Source of the DNA: a virus
Taxonomy: Duplodnaviria; Heunggongvirae; Uroviricota; Caudoviricetes; Straboviridae
DNA: 64,000 bases
Virus record (IMG/VR): IMGVR_UViG_2974587864_000001
Reading direction: 5' to 3' (one strand)
Below the pieces are notes generated by a model. That model was not told where the DNA came from. It did no database searches and was given only the letters and a program-made list of their open reading frames with translations. Each line of letters starts with the position of its first letter. Positions within the stretch are counted from its first letter, which is position 1. A program made the translations under genes and the position numbers. Below are positions 43,633 to 52,446 of this stretch, one piece after another.

Positions 43633-43927
43633 CTTCTCTCACGGCTTCGGCTTTCTTTTCAGCGGTCAGTATGTGATGTACTACAGCGTTTCGGATTCCC
43701 CAGAGATATTCAATCATCTGCATATCTTCAACGGTGTGATAGCCTTTCGTATCACATTCAAATACAATTTCATCGCGTTCTGCCATTGCCACCTGTGCGG
43801 TAGAAGGACAAATAACCATTCCAGAGTATTTTTCAATCAACGATTCCAGTGTACGCGGTTTTGTTGGAATGTCAATAGATACCGGAACCATTCGCATCGT
43901 TGAATCATTATGGGATTGATAAATCAT
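43547..43927 (-). CDS. hypothetical protein (126 aa)
   Basis: ORF. Confidence 0.5.
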   Translation of the reverse strand: MIYQSHNDSTMRMVPVSIDIPTKPRTLESLIEKYSGMVICPSTAQVAMAERDEIVFECDTKGYHTVEDMQMIEYLWGIRNAVVHHILTAEKKAEAVREVEQREEIRYNRMSAQEKDEAYEVYRRSR

Positions 43928-44220
43928 CAGAATGTGATCTCCGCAAACTGCATTCTACGCTCAATCGCATGGATAGCGTTATCACGCTGTTCTTTGTTTT
44001 CATATCCAGCCCAGGTAATCGGGGTTGAACAGATCAGGTGAAAAGTGATTGCTGGGTGTCTCTTCCCTTCAACAACGATTGTTGCATCATCTTCGATCCA
44101 GGTTACATGATCCAGATTCACCGGATAGTTTCTTACGGTAACAGTTTCACCAACCATAGGCGACACATCCAGAATATCACGATCGCGGACATATGATTTA
44201 ATACGAGATACGATTAACAT
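43927..44220 (-). CDS. hypothetical protein (97 aa)
   Basis: ORF. Confidence 0.5.
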   Translation of the reverse strand: MLIVSRIKSYVRDRDILDVSPMVGETVTVRNYPVNLDHVTWIEDDATIVVEGKRHPAITFHLICSTPITWAGYENKEQRDNAIHAIERRMQFAEITF

Positions 44221-45371
44221 TATTTCAACTCCACTGCATATACATCGGTTTCAGGGGCTTTGTGTACGCGCATATCTTTACCACATACCGCATAAGCCGG
44301 ACAATTACGGCAACCGTTATGATCCTTGTTGCCAGTCAGTTCTTTACGGAACTGTTTTGTTTTCGGGTGTTCCCAGATATCCTTCACAAAATCTTCGGCT
44401 TCCAGAACATCCAGACCTTCTTCCCAGCCACCTTCAACCCAACGTTCGGTAAACGAGCAAGGGAAGAACTGACCACGTTCGTTGATGTAAGAGCTAAACA
44501 TCGTCGCTTCACAGTCTTCGGCGTATTGCTTGTACTGTTCGAAGTTCGGGTGTCCCTCCATCGCTTCAACGAAAGCGGGGGCTGAACAGCTATCGAATCC
44601 AAATCCTACACCAGAATCGAGGCAATATTCAACAAGTTTTTTATATTGTTCGCGGGTAACGGTGTCCCAGTTCTTACCGCGTCCTTTTTGTTTCAGTCCC
44701 AGGAACACGATCGCGTTGACTTGTTTCAGGCGCGGATCATTCTTCACGGCATCAACCACGTTAAACGCATCATCATAGGTTTTCGAGCTAACCATGAAGT
44801 GAAGGTTGATTTGCTGTTGTCCGGCTTCTGTCAGGTTCGCTACTGAGTCGAAAGCGACATCAAAACCAGCGTGTTTATAAACCGATACCGCAACAGCCCC
44901 AGCAACCGCCGCTAAACGCGCTGCAACGTCTTTTGATACGTCAGCAATGGTAAGGTTCGGCACAATGCCTTTAGAACGCGCATACGCCATCATATCGAAC
45001 ATATCGGGGTTTGTTTGCCCCTGTGCATCAGCACCGAGTGCGCATTGAGTAAGCCAGGGCATTTTGTCGATGATTTTTTTGAAGTTGGCAAGATCCATGT
45101 TGAACCCGTTCGGGTTATTGGACTTGTAGCAGAACCCGCAGAGTTTACCCGCTGGCCCGTTGCATTTGGTAGTGATCTCGATATCGAGAATTTCGGGGAA
45201 TGGTGCGTATTCTGGATCGTGGGAATATGTTGCACCCCAGCGAGCGAATTCACCAGTATCAACGTTGAAATTATAGTTGTAGAACTTCGAGCGAGCGAAG
45301 CGCATATTGCCGTGTTGATAGATGAACAGGGACGGCGCTTTGATGCTGGTAACGATATCGACAGTTTTCAT
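44220..45371 (-). CDS. radical-SAM-like enzyme with non-canonical CX7CX2C cluster and C-terminal SPASM/twitch-like Cys cluster
   Basis: EITTKCNGPAGKLCGFCY (radical-SAM-like context with 7-residue insert); C-terminal CSF...GCRNCPAYAVC; start set to ATG 45371 just after upstream stop (track start 45488 overlaps neighbour). Confidence 0.45.
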   Translation of the reverse strand: MKTVDIVTSIKAPSLFIYQHGNMRFARSKFYNYNFNVDTGEFARWGATYSHDPEYAPFPEILDIEITTKCNGPAGKLCGFCYKSNNPNGFNMDLANFKKIIDKMPWLTQCALGADAQGQTNPDMFDMMAYARSKGIVPNLTIADVSKDVAARLAAVAGAVAVSVYKHAGFDVAFDSVANLTEAGQQQINLHFMVSSKTYDDAFNVVDAVKNDPRLKQVNAIVFLGLKQKGRGKNWDTVTREQYKKLVEYCLDSGVGFGFDSCSAPAFVEAMEGHPNFEQYKQYAEDCEATMFSSYINERGQFFPCSFTERWVEGGWEEGLDVLEAEDFVKDIWEHPKTKQFRKELTGNKDHNGCRNCPAYAVCGKDMRVHKAPETDVYAVELK

Positions 45372-45381
45372 AATATAATTC

Positions 45382-45588
45382 TCAAAATTTAACATGGGAT
45401 TGGAAGACAGCGCGAGCAAGGCTTTCATTGTCGAACGGTATCGACTGGTGTTTCTCTTTGCTGTCAATGTTAACGCGCCAGAACTCACTCGAACCGTTTT
45501 TGGTGGAGTAATGCATCAGCGTTACCGTTTTATTCTTTTCCAGGAAAGTACGTTTGTCAATCTCTGTTTTGATTTCGTGCTGCATCAT
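45382..45588 (-). CDS. hypothetical protein (68 aa)
   Basis: ORF. Confidence 0.45.
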   Translation of the reverse strand: MMQHEIKTEIDKRTFLEKNKTVTLMHYSTKNGSSEFWRVNIDSKEKHQSIPFDNESLARAVFQSHVKF

Positions 45589-45845
45589 TTTACACTCCGT
45601 TTCAGTTTACGTTCGTCAGCCAGTTCTTTTTTGTACGTTTTGATGTACTTCCCGTTAAGGATGCGAAGCTGTTGGAAAACCTTGTTACACAAAGCACGTT
45701 TCGCTTTGTATTCCGGCGTATTGCGGATTGATTCGATCGTCATACCCATTTCGTTTTTAGGGTACGCGCTCAACTCCCTGCCGATCTCTCTGTGCCAGTT
45801 GCTTAACTGATCACGCTGTGCTTTGTACTCTTCAAAAGTTAACAT
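45585..45845 (-). CDS. hypothetical basic protein (86 aa)
   Basis: ORF. Confidence 0.5.
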   Translation of the reverse strand: MLTFEEYKAQRDQLSNWHREIGRELSAYPKNEMGMTIESIRNTPEYKAKRALCNKVFQQLRILNGKYIKTYKKELADERKLKRSVK

Positions 45846-45990
45846 TATAACTGATCTCCGTAATCTTTCGCTGCATCTTCGGGGGTTGCGTCCAGTCGGT
45901 AAAGCTCAACGGCTAACGGACTGGGTTTGATTTCGCGGTTCAGGATCTCACTGATACCGCGAAGGAATTCGATATAAGGACGGAATCTCA
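45843..45990 (-). CDS. small hypothetical protein (49 aa)
   Basis: ORF below threshold filling gap; ATGA overlap with upstream gene. Confidence 0.3.
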
Positions 45991-46239
45991 TTTGATACGT
46001 ACCGCGTTAAAAGCCTGGTTGCGAAGTTCATAAGCCTGTTCAAGCTGTTCTGTAGTGAACAGAGGACTATCGGTATTAGTGGTGAAACTGCAAATGGTTT
46101 TGTTGTCGGCGTTTACTTCTTCAACAACGATTTCATAACCCCAGATCCCGCTGTACTCACATTTCACGTTACGGTACTTGATGTAAACCGCAGCAACATC
46201 TTCTTTTTTGTAGTTCTTGCTTTTGTATATGATTTCCAT
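45988..46239 (-). CDS. hypothetical protein (83 aa)
   Basis: ATG 46239 with GAAGGAGG RBS after conserved leader variant. Confidence 0.55.
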   Translation of the reverse strand: MEIIYKSKNYKKEDVAAVYIKYRNVKCEYSGIWGYEIVVEEVNADNKTICSFTTNTDSPLFTTEQLEQAYELRNQAFNAVRIK

Positions 46240-46290
46240 GATTTCCTCCTTCGTTTCGATGTGTGTACAATAACAGATCAGGGTTATCGA
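46240..46290 (-). promoter_or_regulatory. leader/promoter variant (TGTTATTGT-ACACACATCGAAACGAAGGAGG) without upstream stem-loop
   Basis: minus-strand reading CTGTTATTGTACACACATCGAAACGAAGGAGGAAATC-ATG. Confidence 0.4.
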
Positions 46291-46310
46291 GTTTTAGCAA
46301 TTCGTGCTAA

Positions 46311-46589
46311 TTATGCCATTTTCTTAGCGATTTTCCAGGCAGCTTTGAACGCCGGAACATCTTCAATCTCAACCCAGAAACCAGAACCGAAACCATCATT
46401 GTAGCAAGGGCAACCGTCGCAGTAGTTTTCCCAGGTCATCACTTTACCACCAACAGAAGCACCAGTTTCCATCGCACGTAATGCATCTTCAACCTTTTCC
46501 AGTTTTTCTGCATTGTCGTCATAAATGATGAAGTACCATTTTCCGTTATATTCGTTACCCAGTTTGATTGCTTCGCGAACAAGTTTCAT
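46311..46589 (-). CDS. hypothetical protein (92 aa)
   Basis: ATG 46589 (MKLVREAIK) after conserved leader; track start 46637 lies in leader. Confidence 0.55.
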   Translation of the reverse strand: MKLVREAIKLGNEYNGKWYFIIYDDNAEKLEKVEDALRAMETGASVGGKVMTWENYCDGCPCYNDGFGSGFWVEIEDVPAFKAAWKIAKKMA

Positions 46590-46668
46590 GATGATTTCCT
46601 TTTTGTCTGTTTCGTTTCGATGTGTGTAATATAACAAAAGCCCCTGGCGGTTGCAAGGGGCTTTTTAA
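46590..46668 (-). promoter_or_regulatory. stem-loop + TGTTATATT + leader cassette (PeSL-like)
   Basis: GCCCCTTGCAACCGCCAGGGGC-TTTTGTTATATTACACACATCGAAACGAAACAGACAAAAAGGAAATCATC-ATG on minus strand. Confidence 0.5.
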
Positions 46669-46678
46669 ACAAAAAGTG

Positions 46679-46927
46679 CTATTTTGTTTCTTCGAGGATT
46701 CGAAGGATTTCGGCGCGGGTGATCGGATGTTTTGCCAGCTCACGGATCGCATGATCAACATGTATCTTACACATCAAAAACTTCTCCCCGCACTTGTCGC
46801 ATGTTGCATACATATCGCCATGTATACGCCCGATCCCATCGGTTACGGAATGATGCATCCAGGCGTAAGGAGTTCCCCGCATCCATCCGGTAGCAACATG
46901 TTTACATTCTCGTTTTCGTCCGAACAT
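46679..46927 (-). CDS. small Cys/His-rich protein (82 aa; CDKCGEKFLMCKIHVDH)
   Basis: ORF. Confidence 0.5.
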   Translation of the reverse strand: MFGRKRECKHVATGWMRGTPYAWMHHSVTDGIGRIHGDMYATCDKCGEKFLMCKIHVDHAIRELAKHPITRAEILRILEETK

Positions 46928-46928
46928 A

Positions 46929-47531
46929 TTACCACCCGTTAGGATTACGGAAATGTGTTTGCCAGTAGCGCAGTTGTTCGCGGTTCATGTTTTGGGTATC
47001 AATCACCATACCCTGAATCATCTGCAACATCATGCGGGTTTGATTGACATCCTCCAGGCTCGCTATACGCTGTTTTAAGGCTTTGTTTTCCTCTTCTAAC
47101 TCAACCATACGGTTGTATGCGTTGACGCGCTCCAACGGCATATCAGGACGCTCTTTGAGGACACGGGCGCGGGATACTTCACATTCATGATTTGCTTTCC
47201 AGTGTGCGGCTTCTGATTCTGCTTTTTGCTTGTCTCGAAGCGCGAGTGATAGATCGCTAACCAGATCCAGAACCGTTTGCGGATCTACGGTTTCCAGATA
47301 TTTTCCGAGACCCTCTTCCCAGCTTTTAATCTGTGTAGGGCTGTCGCCATATGGAACACCATATGAGAACGCGCGTTTATACTCTTTGCCCCTGAAACCA
47401 TATTCCTGATTTCCCTGGATGCTCATATTTTCAACGAGAGTCCACTTACTACCCATCATAGAAGAAATCGAACGGGCTGATTTTTCAATTTGTTCAAGTT
47501 TTTCACTTGTTACTTTCATTTTGTACTCCAC
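46929..47531 (-). CDS. hypothetical protein (200 aa)
   Basis: ORF. Confidence 0.5.
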   Translation of the reverse strand: MEYKMKVTSEKLEQIEKSARSISSMMGSKWTLVENMSIQGNQEYGFRGKEYKRAFSYGVPYGDSPTQIKSWEEGLGKYLETVDPQTVLDLVSDLSLALRDKQKAESEAAHWKANHECEVSRARVLKERPDMPLERVNAYNRMVELEEENKALKQRIASLEDVNQTRMMLQMIQGMVIDTQNMNREQLRYWQTHFRNPNGW

Positions 47532-47932
47532 AAATCATGTTGTGCGCGAAGGATAGCGTAAAGGCTACCGATATTGATTGAGTCGACCGGACACTGGAAC
47601 ATATCAGAGCGCATCATATTGAACTCGATACTGTTCTGTTCAATGAAGTTACCAATCATTGATGTCCAACCCATTACCAGGTTATATCCGTCTTCGGATA
47701 ACCCATAAGCCAGATTAACCCGGATACAACGCTTATCAGCCAGTTCTACGCTGATACAGTTACTTGAATGCATAGAATTGCATGGAAATTTGCTAGGAAA
47801 CTTACGGAACATCTGGGTAAGGAGTTTAGCCGTTTCAATGTTGATTGCGCGTTCCTGATCCCTTTGCGCCTGGTTGTCATGACGGCGATTCAGATACTTT
47901 TCCATTTTTGGGTTGAGATTCACATGTTGCAT
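47516..47932 (-). CDS. hypothetical protein (138 aa)
   Basis: ORF. Confidence 0.5.
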   Translation of the reverse strand: MQHVNLNPKMEKYLNRRHDNQAQRDQERAINIETAKLLTQMFRKFPSKFPCNSMHSSNCISVELADKRCIRVNLAYGLSEDGYNLVMGWTSMIGNFIEQNSIEFNMMRSDMFQCPVDSINIGSLYAILRAQHDLWSTK

Positions 47933-48141
47933 AATATATTCCTCACAGGTTTAAAGCGTTCTTTTCCGGTTCCATTACATGAACTGCATTTCGGAGATCG
48001 GTCGCTATCATATCGCCCCGATCCGTTACATGCAACACATTTCCGTAATTTCCAGCCATACACGAACCGCATGTAATAATCGGTTCGTGCGGCCTTGCGT
48101 TCGTGGAAGTTCATACTTTGTTGTAAACCTGAACCAGCCAC
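47920..48141 (-). CDS. small zinc-finger protein (73 aa; CVACNGSG...CSSCNGTG)
   Basis: two CxxCxGxG motifs (DnaJ-type zinc finger-like). Confidence 0.5.
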   Translation of the reverse strand: MAGSGLQQSMNFHERKAARTDYYMRFVYGWKLRKCVACNGSGRYDSDRSPKCSSCNGTGKERFKPVRNILCNM

Positions 48142-48314
48142 ATTTCGATGTTCGGCGCGTAAGTAACGTTTACCATCGGCATAGTGCGGTATTTGTAAGC
48201 GGCTTTGTACGCATCGAGTTCAGTCGGAACACAGAAAGAGAAACCGTTGTCATAACGTTCTGCGTTAGAAACTTCACAACCAACTACAGCGGCAATGTTT
48301 TTGTTCATGTTCAT
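48111..48314 (-). CDS. hypothetical protein (67 aa)
   Basis: ATG 48314 (MNMNKN) with AAAGGAAAAC RBS in conserved leader. Confidence 0.5.
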   Translation of the reverse strand: MNMNKNIAAVVGCEVSNAERYDNGFSFCVPTELDAYKAAYKYRTMPMVNVTYAPNIEMWLVQVYNKV

Positions 48315-48390
48315 GATGTTTTCCTTTCTCTGTTTCGTTTCGATGTGTGTAATATAACAAAGCCCCTGCATTGCTGCAAGGGCTTTTTCA
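48315..48390 (-). promoter_or_regulatory. stem-loop + TGTTATATT + leader cassette (PeSL-like)
   Basis: GCCCTTGCAGCAATGCAGGGGC-TTTGTTATATTACACACATCGAAACGAAACAGAGAAAGGAAAAC on minus strand. Confidence 0.5.
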
Positions 48391-48392
48391 CT

Positions 48393-48701
48393 TTAATCGA
48401 ATTTTTCTGGCAACTGATCTACAATTACCTGAGTTTGATGGATTTCTTCACTCAATTTATCGCGGTAATGAACCAGTTCACGGGTTCTTGATGCGGAATA
48501 GCTAATGATTTTATCAGCGGTAGCGGTGTAACCGTAACCAGCACACGCGATTTCCAGTTTTGCGTTATCGCCATTCGGTACGCGGATATGAGCATACGTC
48601 AGCAAGTTTTTAACCGCTTGTAACAGTTCATGATCTTCTTTACCGATGATAAACTGATTTGGTTCTACTGAATCAACATTCAGTTCTTCGTCTTTGTTCA
48701 T
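48393..48701 (-). CDS. hypothetical protein (102 aa)
   Basis: ORF. Confidence 0.5.
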   Translation of the reverse strand: MNKDEELNVDSVEPNQFIIGKEDHELLQAVKNLLTYAHIRVPNGDNAKLEIACAGYGYTATADKIISYSASRTRELVHYRDKLSEEIHQTQVIVDQLPEKFD

Positions 48702-49231
48702 TTTACAGCCTTATACATTTCAAGGACGCGGTTCATATGCTCTTGTGATTGAGGCACACCCGCGAAGTTCAGTTTGATGAAGAATTCCAGACGATCCTTT
48801 TTGGTGCATTCATCCAGCCCCAGGGCAGGTAATGAAATGTTTTCAAAGGCTCTCTGTTCGTGTCGTGGCATTTCGTCCCAGAACAAACGGGAACCGTCCG
48901 GCATAGGAATCCCAATTTCACCTTCGTAGACTTTGATAATCGTCGTCAGGCGTTGTTTGCCGTCGATCACTTCTACCCAGTGAGTTTCGTTGAACTGGCT
49001 ATCAACCGCGATCGCGATGATACCGCAAGGGAAACCACTGATCAGAGTAGTCAAGAACGCATCTTGCTCTTTCTGCGTCCACACATAGGGGCGCTGGTAA
49101 GATGGATTCAGATCCAGATCTTTATGCTTCCACCAATGCAGATAACTCCCAACCATGATCGCGTGATCGCGACTGCGAAAAGTTAACTGATCGCGGATAC
49201 GGTTATGAACCGGAATATCATCTTTAGACAT
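48698..49231 (-). CDS. DUF262 / ParB-like nuclease-domain protein (GmrSD N-terminal domain-like)
   Basis: NPSYQRPYVWTQKEQDAFLTTLISGFPCGIIAIA ... VIDGKQRLTTI = DUF262 hallmark (QR..VW, DGQQRLT). Confidence 0.6.
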   Translation of the reverse strand: MSKDDIPVHNRIRDQLTFRSRDHAIMVGSYLHWWKHKDLDLNPSYQRPYVWTQKEQDAFLTTLISGFPCGIIAIAVDSQFNETHWVEVIDGKQRLTTIIKVYEGEIGIPMPDGSRLFWDEMPRHEQRAFENISLPALGLDECTKKDRLEFFIKLNFAGVPQSQEHMNRVLEMYKAVK

Positions 49232-49553
49232 GATTCACCACCAACCAGAGCAAGCCAGTATTGACAACAGCAACAGTCAAGCAGATCACCGCATACACCC
49301 GCGCGTTGTGGACTTTGGTTTTCAGTTCTGCGATCTCCTGATCCTTTTCACTTTCGAACTCTTCGCGGGTTCCATAGTAACCAGGATCAGCAGCGGTTGC
49401 CGGACGTACTGCATCCTTTTCAACGATGGTTGCATAACCGCTCGTTACTTTAGTTGCGCCGTACCAGTCACCGCGATCGTTGTTGATGATCAGGTGATCA
49501 CCCTTCGCGTTATGCTTCGACTTGCCAACGACAACTACACGTTCACCATTCAT
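49224..49553 (-). CDS. hypothetical protein with C-terminal TM helix (109 aa)
   Basis: ORF; VYAVICLTVAVVNTGLLWLVV. Confidence 0.5.
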   Translation of the reverse strand: MNGERVVVVGKSKHNAKGDHLIINNDRGDWYGATKVTSGYATIVEKDAVRPATAADPGYYGTREEFESEKDQEIAELKTKVHNARVYAVICLTVAVVNTGLLWLVVNHV

Positions 49554-49559
49554 AATATA

Positions 49560-49820
49560 TCACTCTTTCACGTTTTGTTGTAAGAACTCTAACAGCTTTC
49601 CTTCGGCCTGTAAAGCATAAAGTTTATTCAGCTTTGCGATGTTCTCAAAGTCTGATTTTTCGCTGAACGACCAGACCCCATCATCGGAAACCATCGCACC
49701 GATTGATACGCCAGTTTCAGGATCACGCGTCAACGCCAGCCCCAGTGGATGCAGGATATCTTTATTGATTTTCCAAATCAGCCCCAATTGGGATAAGGTG
49801 TTGAAATCAACGTGACTCAT
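49560..49820 (-). CDS. hypothetical protein (86 aa)
   Basis: ORF. Confidence 0.5.
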   Translation of the reverse strand: MSHVDFNTLSQLGLIWKINKDILHPLGLALTRDPETGVSIGAMVSDDGVWSFSEKSDFENIAKLNKLYALQAEGKLLEFLQQNVKE

Positions 49821-50197
49821 TTAGGCAATGCCCCGAAAGACAGCAGCCCCATACGATGATCGTTATCTGATTCACCAGTGCTAAATTCAAATTCTTCACC
49901 GCTGATACTGATAGCGCGGAAACCGTCTTTCAGGTATGGCAACAGATACAGAGGGATCAGCATCATGTTTGAATCGTCGCTCCACTTACGGAAGCCCAGA
50001 TTTTTCATTTCTTCCAGCGTCAAATCATTCGGATCGACGGGTTCGAAATCAGGGGAAGCGTAAAGGCGTCCAGGCAGATCGCGAATATTTTTCACGGTGA
50101 ATGAATCACCCCATGACTGATACGCGATAGGTTCAGCGGCGCGGGTTGCGGTAGCCAGAAGGATCATTTGACAGATTTGAAAAGTTGTTGCTTTCAT
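49817..50197 (-). CDS. secreted protein (126 aa, signal peptide)
   Basis: MKATTFQICQMILLATATRAAEP. Confidence 0.5.
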   Translation of the reverse strand: MKATTFQICQMILLATATRAAEPIAYQSWGDSFTVKNIRDLPGRLYASPDFEPVDPNDLTLEEMKNLGFRKWSDDSNMMLIPLYLLPYLKDGFRAISISGEEFEFSTGESDNDHRMGLLSFGALPK

Positions 50198-50607
50198 GAT
50201 GTATATCCCACAAGTTTAGATAGAAGGTGTCCCATAGTCTTACGCGCATGATCGCGGATCTGGCTATACGGAACATATTTGAAACCGTCCATTTCTGTGA
50301 TGGTTCGCCCGTTCTTCACGAACGTTGACGCACAGAAGCATTTATCGGCTTCGGGGTAATTATCGCCTTTATACACGAATAAGTAAAGCTCTTTTTTACT
50401 GGTATAATCCAGTCTTCCGAGGCTTTCCAGTTCGTGCGGTTCAACAAGAACTCCGGTTTCTTCGAAGCACTCACGGATCGCAGCGTGAATAGGTTCTTCG
50501 CCTTTTTCGATATGCCCCTTTGGGATGTCCCAATGAGGCGTTTCGGTTGCGTGACCCATCAAAACGCTGCCGTTATTCAGGAAGAGAATACCAGCAGACC
50601 GTTCCAT
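50194..50607 (-). CDS. Nudix hydrolase
   Basis: Nudix box GHIEKGEEPIHAAIRECFEETG. Confidence 0.75.
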   Translation of the reverse strand: MERSAGILFLNNGSVLMGHATETPHWDIPKGHIEKGEEPIHAAIRECFEETGVLVEPHELESLGRLDYTSKKELYLFVYKGDNYPEADKCFCASTFVKNGRTITEMDGFKYVPYSQIRDHARKTMGHLLSKLVGYTS

Positions 50608-50846
50608 TACTGCGCCCTGAACTTGCGATCGTATGCTGCCAGCGCTTTATCTGCTGCATCAACAGCCTGGGTGTGTTTGTTAGCGGATTTTTCGCTAAAC
50701 ACTTCGCGGTAAATGCTAACCCAGAGAGATCGGCGGGTATGTTCGCTTTCTTCGTTGACGCGAGAAGCCGCAAAAGCGTTATGCTCTTTGATTAGTTGCG
50801 CCAGTTGCACATCATGATTGTTTTGTTGAATAGCTGTAGAAGTCAT
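50607..50846 (-). CDS. hypothetical protein (79 aa)
   Basis: ORF. Confidence 0.5.
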   Translation of the reverse strand: MTSTAIQQNNHDVQLAQLIKEHNAFAASRVNEESEHTRRSLWVSIYREVFSEKSANKHTQAVDAADKALAAYDRKFRAQ

Positions 50847-51109
50847 AATTCACCTATTTCTTTCAGTTCAGTTTTCAGTTTTTCGAGGGTTGATTGGTAC
50901 TGAATGCCGTTTTCTGGGTTTGGCAGACGGGCATAATACAGCGTACCAGTTTTGTTGATTTCCGACAACACCTCTTGATCGAGGGTAGCCGGATCAATAC
51001 CGAAAGCCATTTTAAACATGGTTTCAGCGTCTGGGGCGAATCCGTGAGAGAATGCAAACCCCAGATTTTTATCAAACTGCATCAGGGATACTTTATTCAC
51101 TTTTTCCAT
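50843..51109 (-). CDS. hypothetical protein (start uncertain: ATG 51109 or 51082)
   Basis: track ORF 50843..51229 overlaps 51093..51410 by 137 nt in another frame; shortened to internal Met. Confidence 0.35.
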   Translation of the reverse strand: MEKVNKVSLMQFDKNLGFAFSHGFAPDAETMFKMAFGIDPATLDQEVLSEINKTGTLYYARLPNPENGIQYQSTLEKLKTELKEIGEL

Positions 51110-51410
51110 AATGTTCTTCGTAGTCATCGCATTCAGGGAGATAAGTTTCGCAGAACATGCACAGCGTGAAGAAAGTAGGCTGGCGAATCCCGATATTATC
51201 AGGTAAGTACATCCAGAACGTGTTAGCAAACACGATGAACGTTTTCAGGTTTTCAACGGTTACGGTACTGACACCATCATAACCGGATTGAGCAATTGCG
51301 CGTTCCAGGGGAACAGGATATTGCTCACAGTAGTTGGCGTAATGTTCGCTTGTTACCAGCGAATTAGCCGCCTTTACGAGATCGGTAATTTTCATTCGAT
51401 ATAACCCCAA
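51093..51410 (-). CDS. hypothetical protein (105 aa)
   Basis: ORF. Confidence 0.45.
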   Translation of the reverse strand: MGLYRMKITDLVKAANSLVTSEHYANYCEQYPVPLERAIAQSGYDGVSTVTVENLKTFIVFANTFWMYLPDNIGIRQPTFFTLCMFCETYLPECDDYEEHYGKSE

Positions 51411-51658
51411 CGAATTTTTACGTTATCGCTTGATGCCGGACTTGTAGGAGTCGGGTACGGATAGCTTTGCGCTTCCCACAGATAAACAACAGCATGTTTT
51501 GTCAATTCTTCGATAACTTCATCGAAAGTCCCGACACTGGTTTGTAAAGGCAACGCGAACGGTTTATCACTGGTTTCGACTTGAGCGATCGGCCCATCTA
51601 CCAGGATGACACGAACCGTTGTATGCTCAATCATATGAGCGTATATTTTGTTTTTCAT
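51392..51658 (-). CDS. hypothetical protein (88 aa)
   Basis: ORF. Confidence 0.5.
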   Translation of the reverse strand: MKNKIYAHMIEHTTVRVILVDGPIAQVETSDKPFALPLQTSVGTFDEVIEELTKHAVVYLWEAQSYPYPTPTSPASSDNVKIRWGYIE

Positions 51659-51993
51659 CCTCTTACATATTCCACTTTGACAGGTTTTGCAATAAGGCGT
51701 TCTTTGGTGAAGCCTTGCCCGTTACAGATATCACAGGTAACGTTGAAATCTTCCATCTGGTCAACCCAGCCAGAATCCGGTAAACCAGAAGGATACGTGT
51801 TAACACGCACAACTTCGAACCCTTTACCCTCGCATTTCGGGCATTTGTGTGGGTACTGGGATTTAACCATACTCAGCAGTTGCCCCAGCGTTGTTGAACG
51901 ATCGAAGCGTTCGACCAGTGCCATTACATCAGCAATACGAATCGAACCAGCATCAATAACGGTATACAGGTTTTTCGGTACATTTGAGCGCAT
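51655..51993 (-). CDS. zinc-ribbon protein (~112 aa; CPKCEGKG...CDICNGQG)
   Basis: likely start ATG 51993 (MRSNVP); track N-terminal extension to 52107 overlaps small TM ORF. Confidence 0.45.
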   Translation of the reverse strand: MRSNVPKNLYTVIDAGSIRIADVMALVERFDRSTTLGQLLSMVKSQYPHKCPKCEGKGFEVVRVNTYPSGLPDSGWVDQMEDFNVTCDICNGQGFTKERLIAKPVKVEYVRG

Positions 51994-52003
51994 AGTATAT
52001 TTC

Positions 52004-52144
52004 TCACTTAAAAATTTTTTTGATGAAAGAGAGGAACAATCCACCACCGAACATGATCCAGTATCCAGCGCCGTCACCGTTAAACAGGACATACACAGCG
52101 ACACCATAGCAAAAGATTTCCGCGATATTCAGTAAGTTTCTCAT
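52004..52144 (-). CDS. small membrane protein (46 aa)
   Basis: GGAGGGAGTT-ATG RBS; MRNLLNIAEIFCYGVAVYVLFNGDGAGYWIMFGGGLFLSFIKKIFK. Confidence 0.35.
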   Translation of the reverse strand: MRNLLNIAEIFCYGVAVYVLFNGDGAGYWIMFGGGLFLSFIKKIFK

Positions 52145-52233
52145 AACTCCCTCCTTTGTCTACACCAGGTATTTTACCAGAAAGTAGATTACTGTCAACA
52201 ACAAAGTTTTATCAACCCACTTATCACCAGTCA

Positions 52234-52374
52234 TTAGTAATCCTCTACAGGTTGAGAAGATGCAACGCTCAGGATACGGAAAGAGCATTCATTCCATTTG
52301 CAGTAAGTTTTCGCACAGTGAACAGTGCCTTTCATTACAAACCCGTTTGAGAACACCAGCCAGTAAAGTTTCAT
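52234..52374 (-). CDS. small hypothetical protein (46 aa)
   Basis: ATG 52374 with AAAGGAGG RBS in conserved leader. Confidence 0.45.
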   Translation of the reverse strand: MKLYWLVFSNGFVMKGTVHCAKTYCKWNECSFRILSVASSQPVEDY

Positions 52375-52446
52375 GATTGCCTCCTTTGTTTCGACACCCC
52401 TAATATAACAAAAGCCCCTGCACGAATGCAAGGGCTTTTTTCAAAT
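52375..52446 (-). promoter_or_regulatory. stem-loop + TGTTATATT + leader cassette (PeSL-like)
   Basis: GCCCTTGCATTCGTGCAGGGGC-TTTTGTTATATTAGGGGTGTCGAAACAAAGGAGG on minus strand. Confidence 0.5.

Noticed and set aside
44220-45488. N-terminal 39-aa extension of the radical-SAM-like ORF (track start 45488)
   Set aside because: It overlaps the upstream gene 45382..45588 over 107 nt in another frame and is Ser/Arg-rich. ATG 45371 immediately after the upstream stop is the more economical start.
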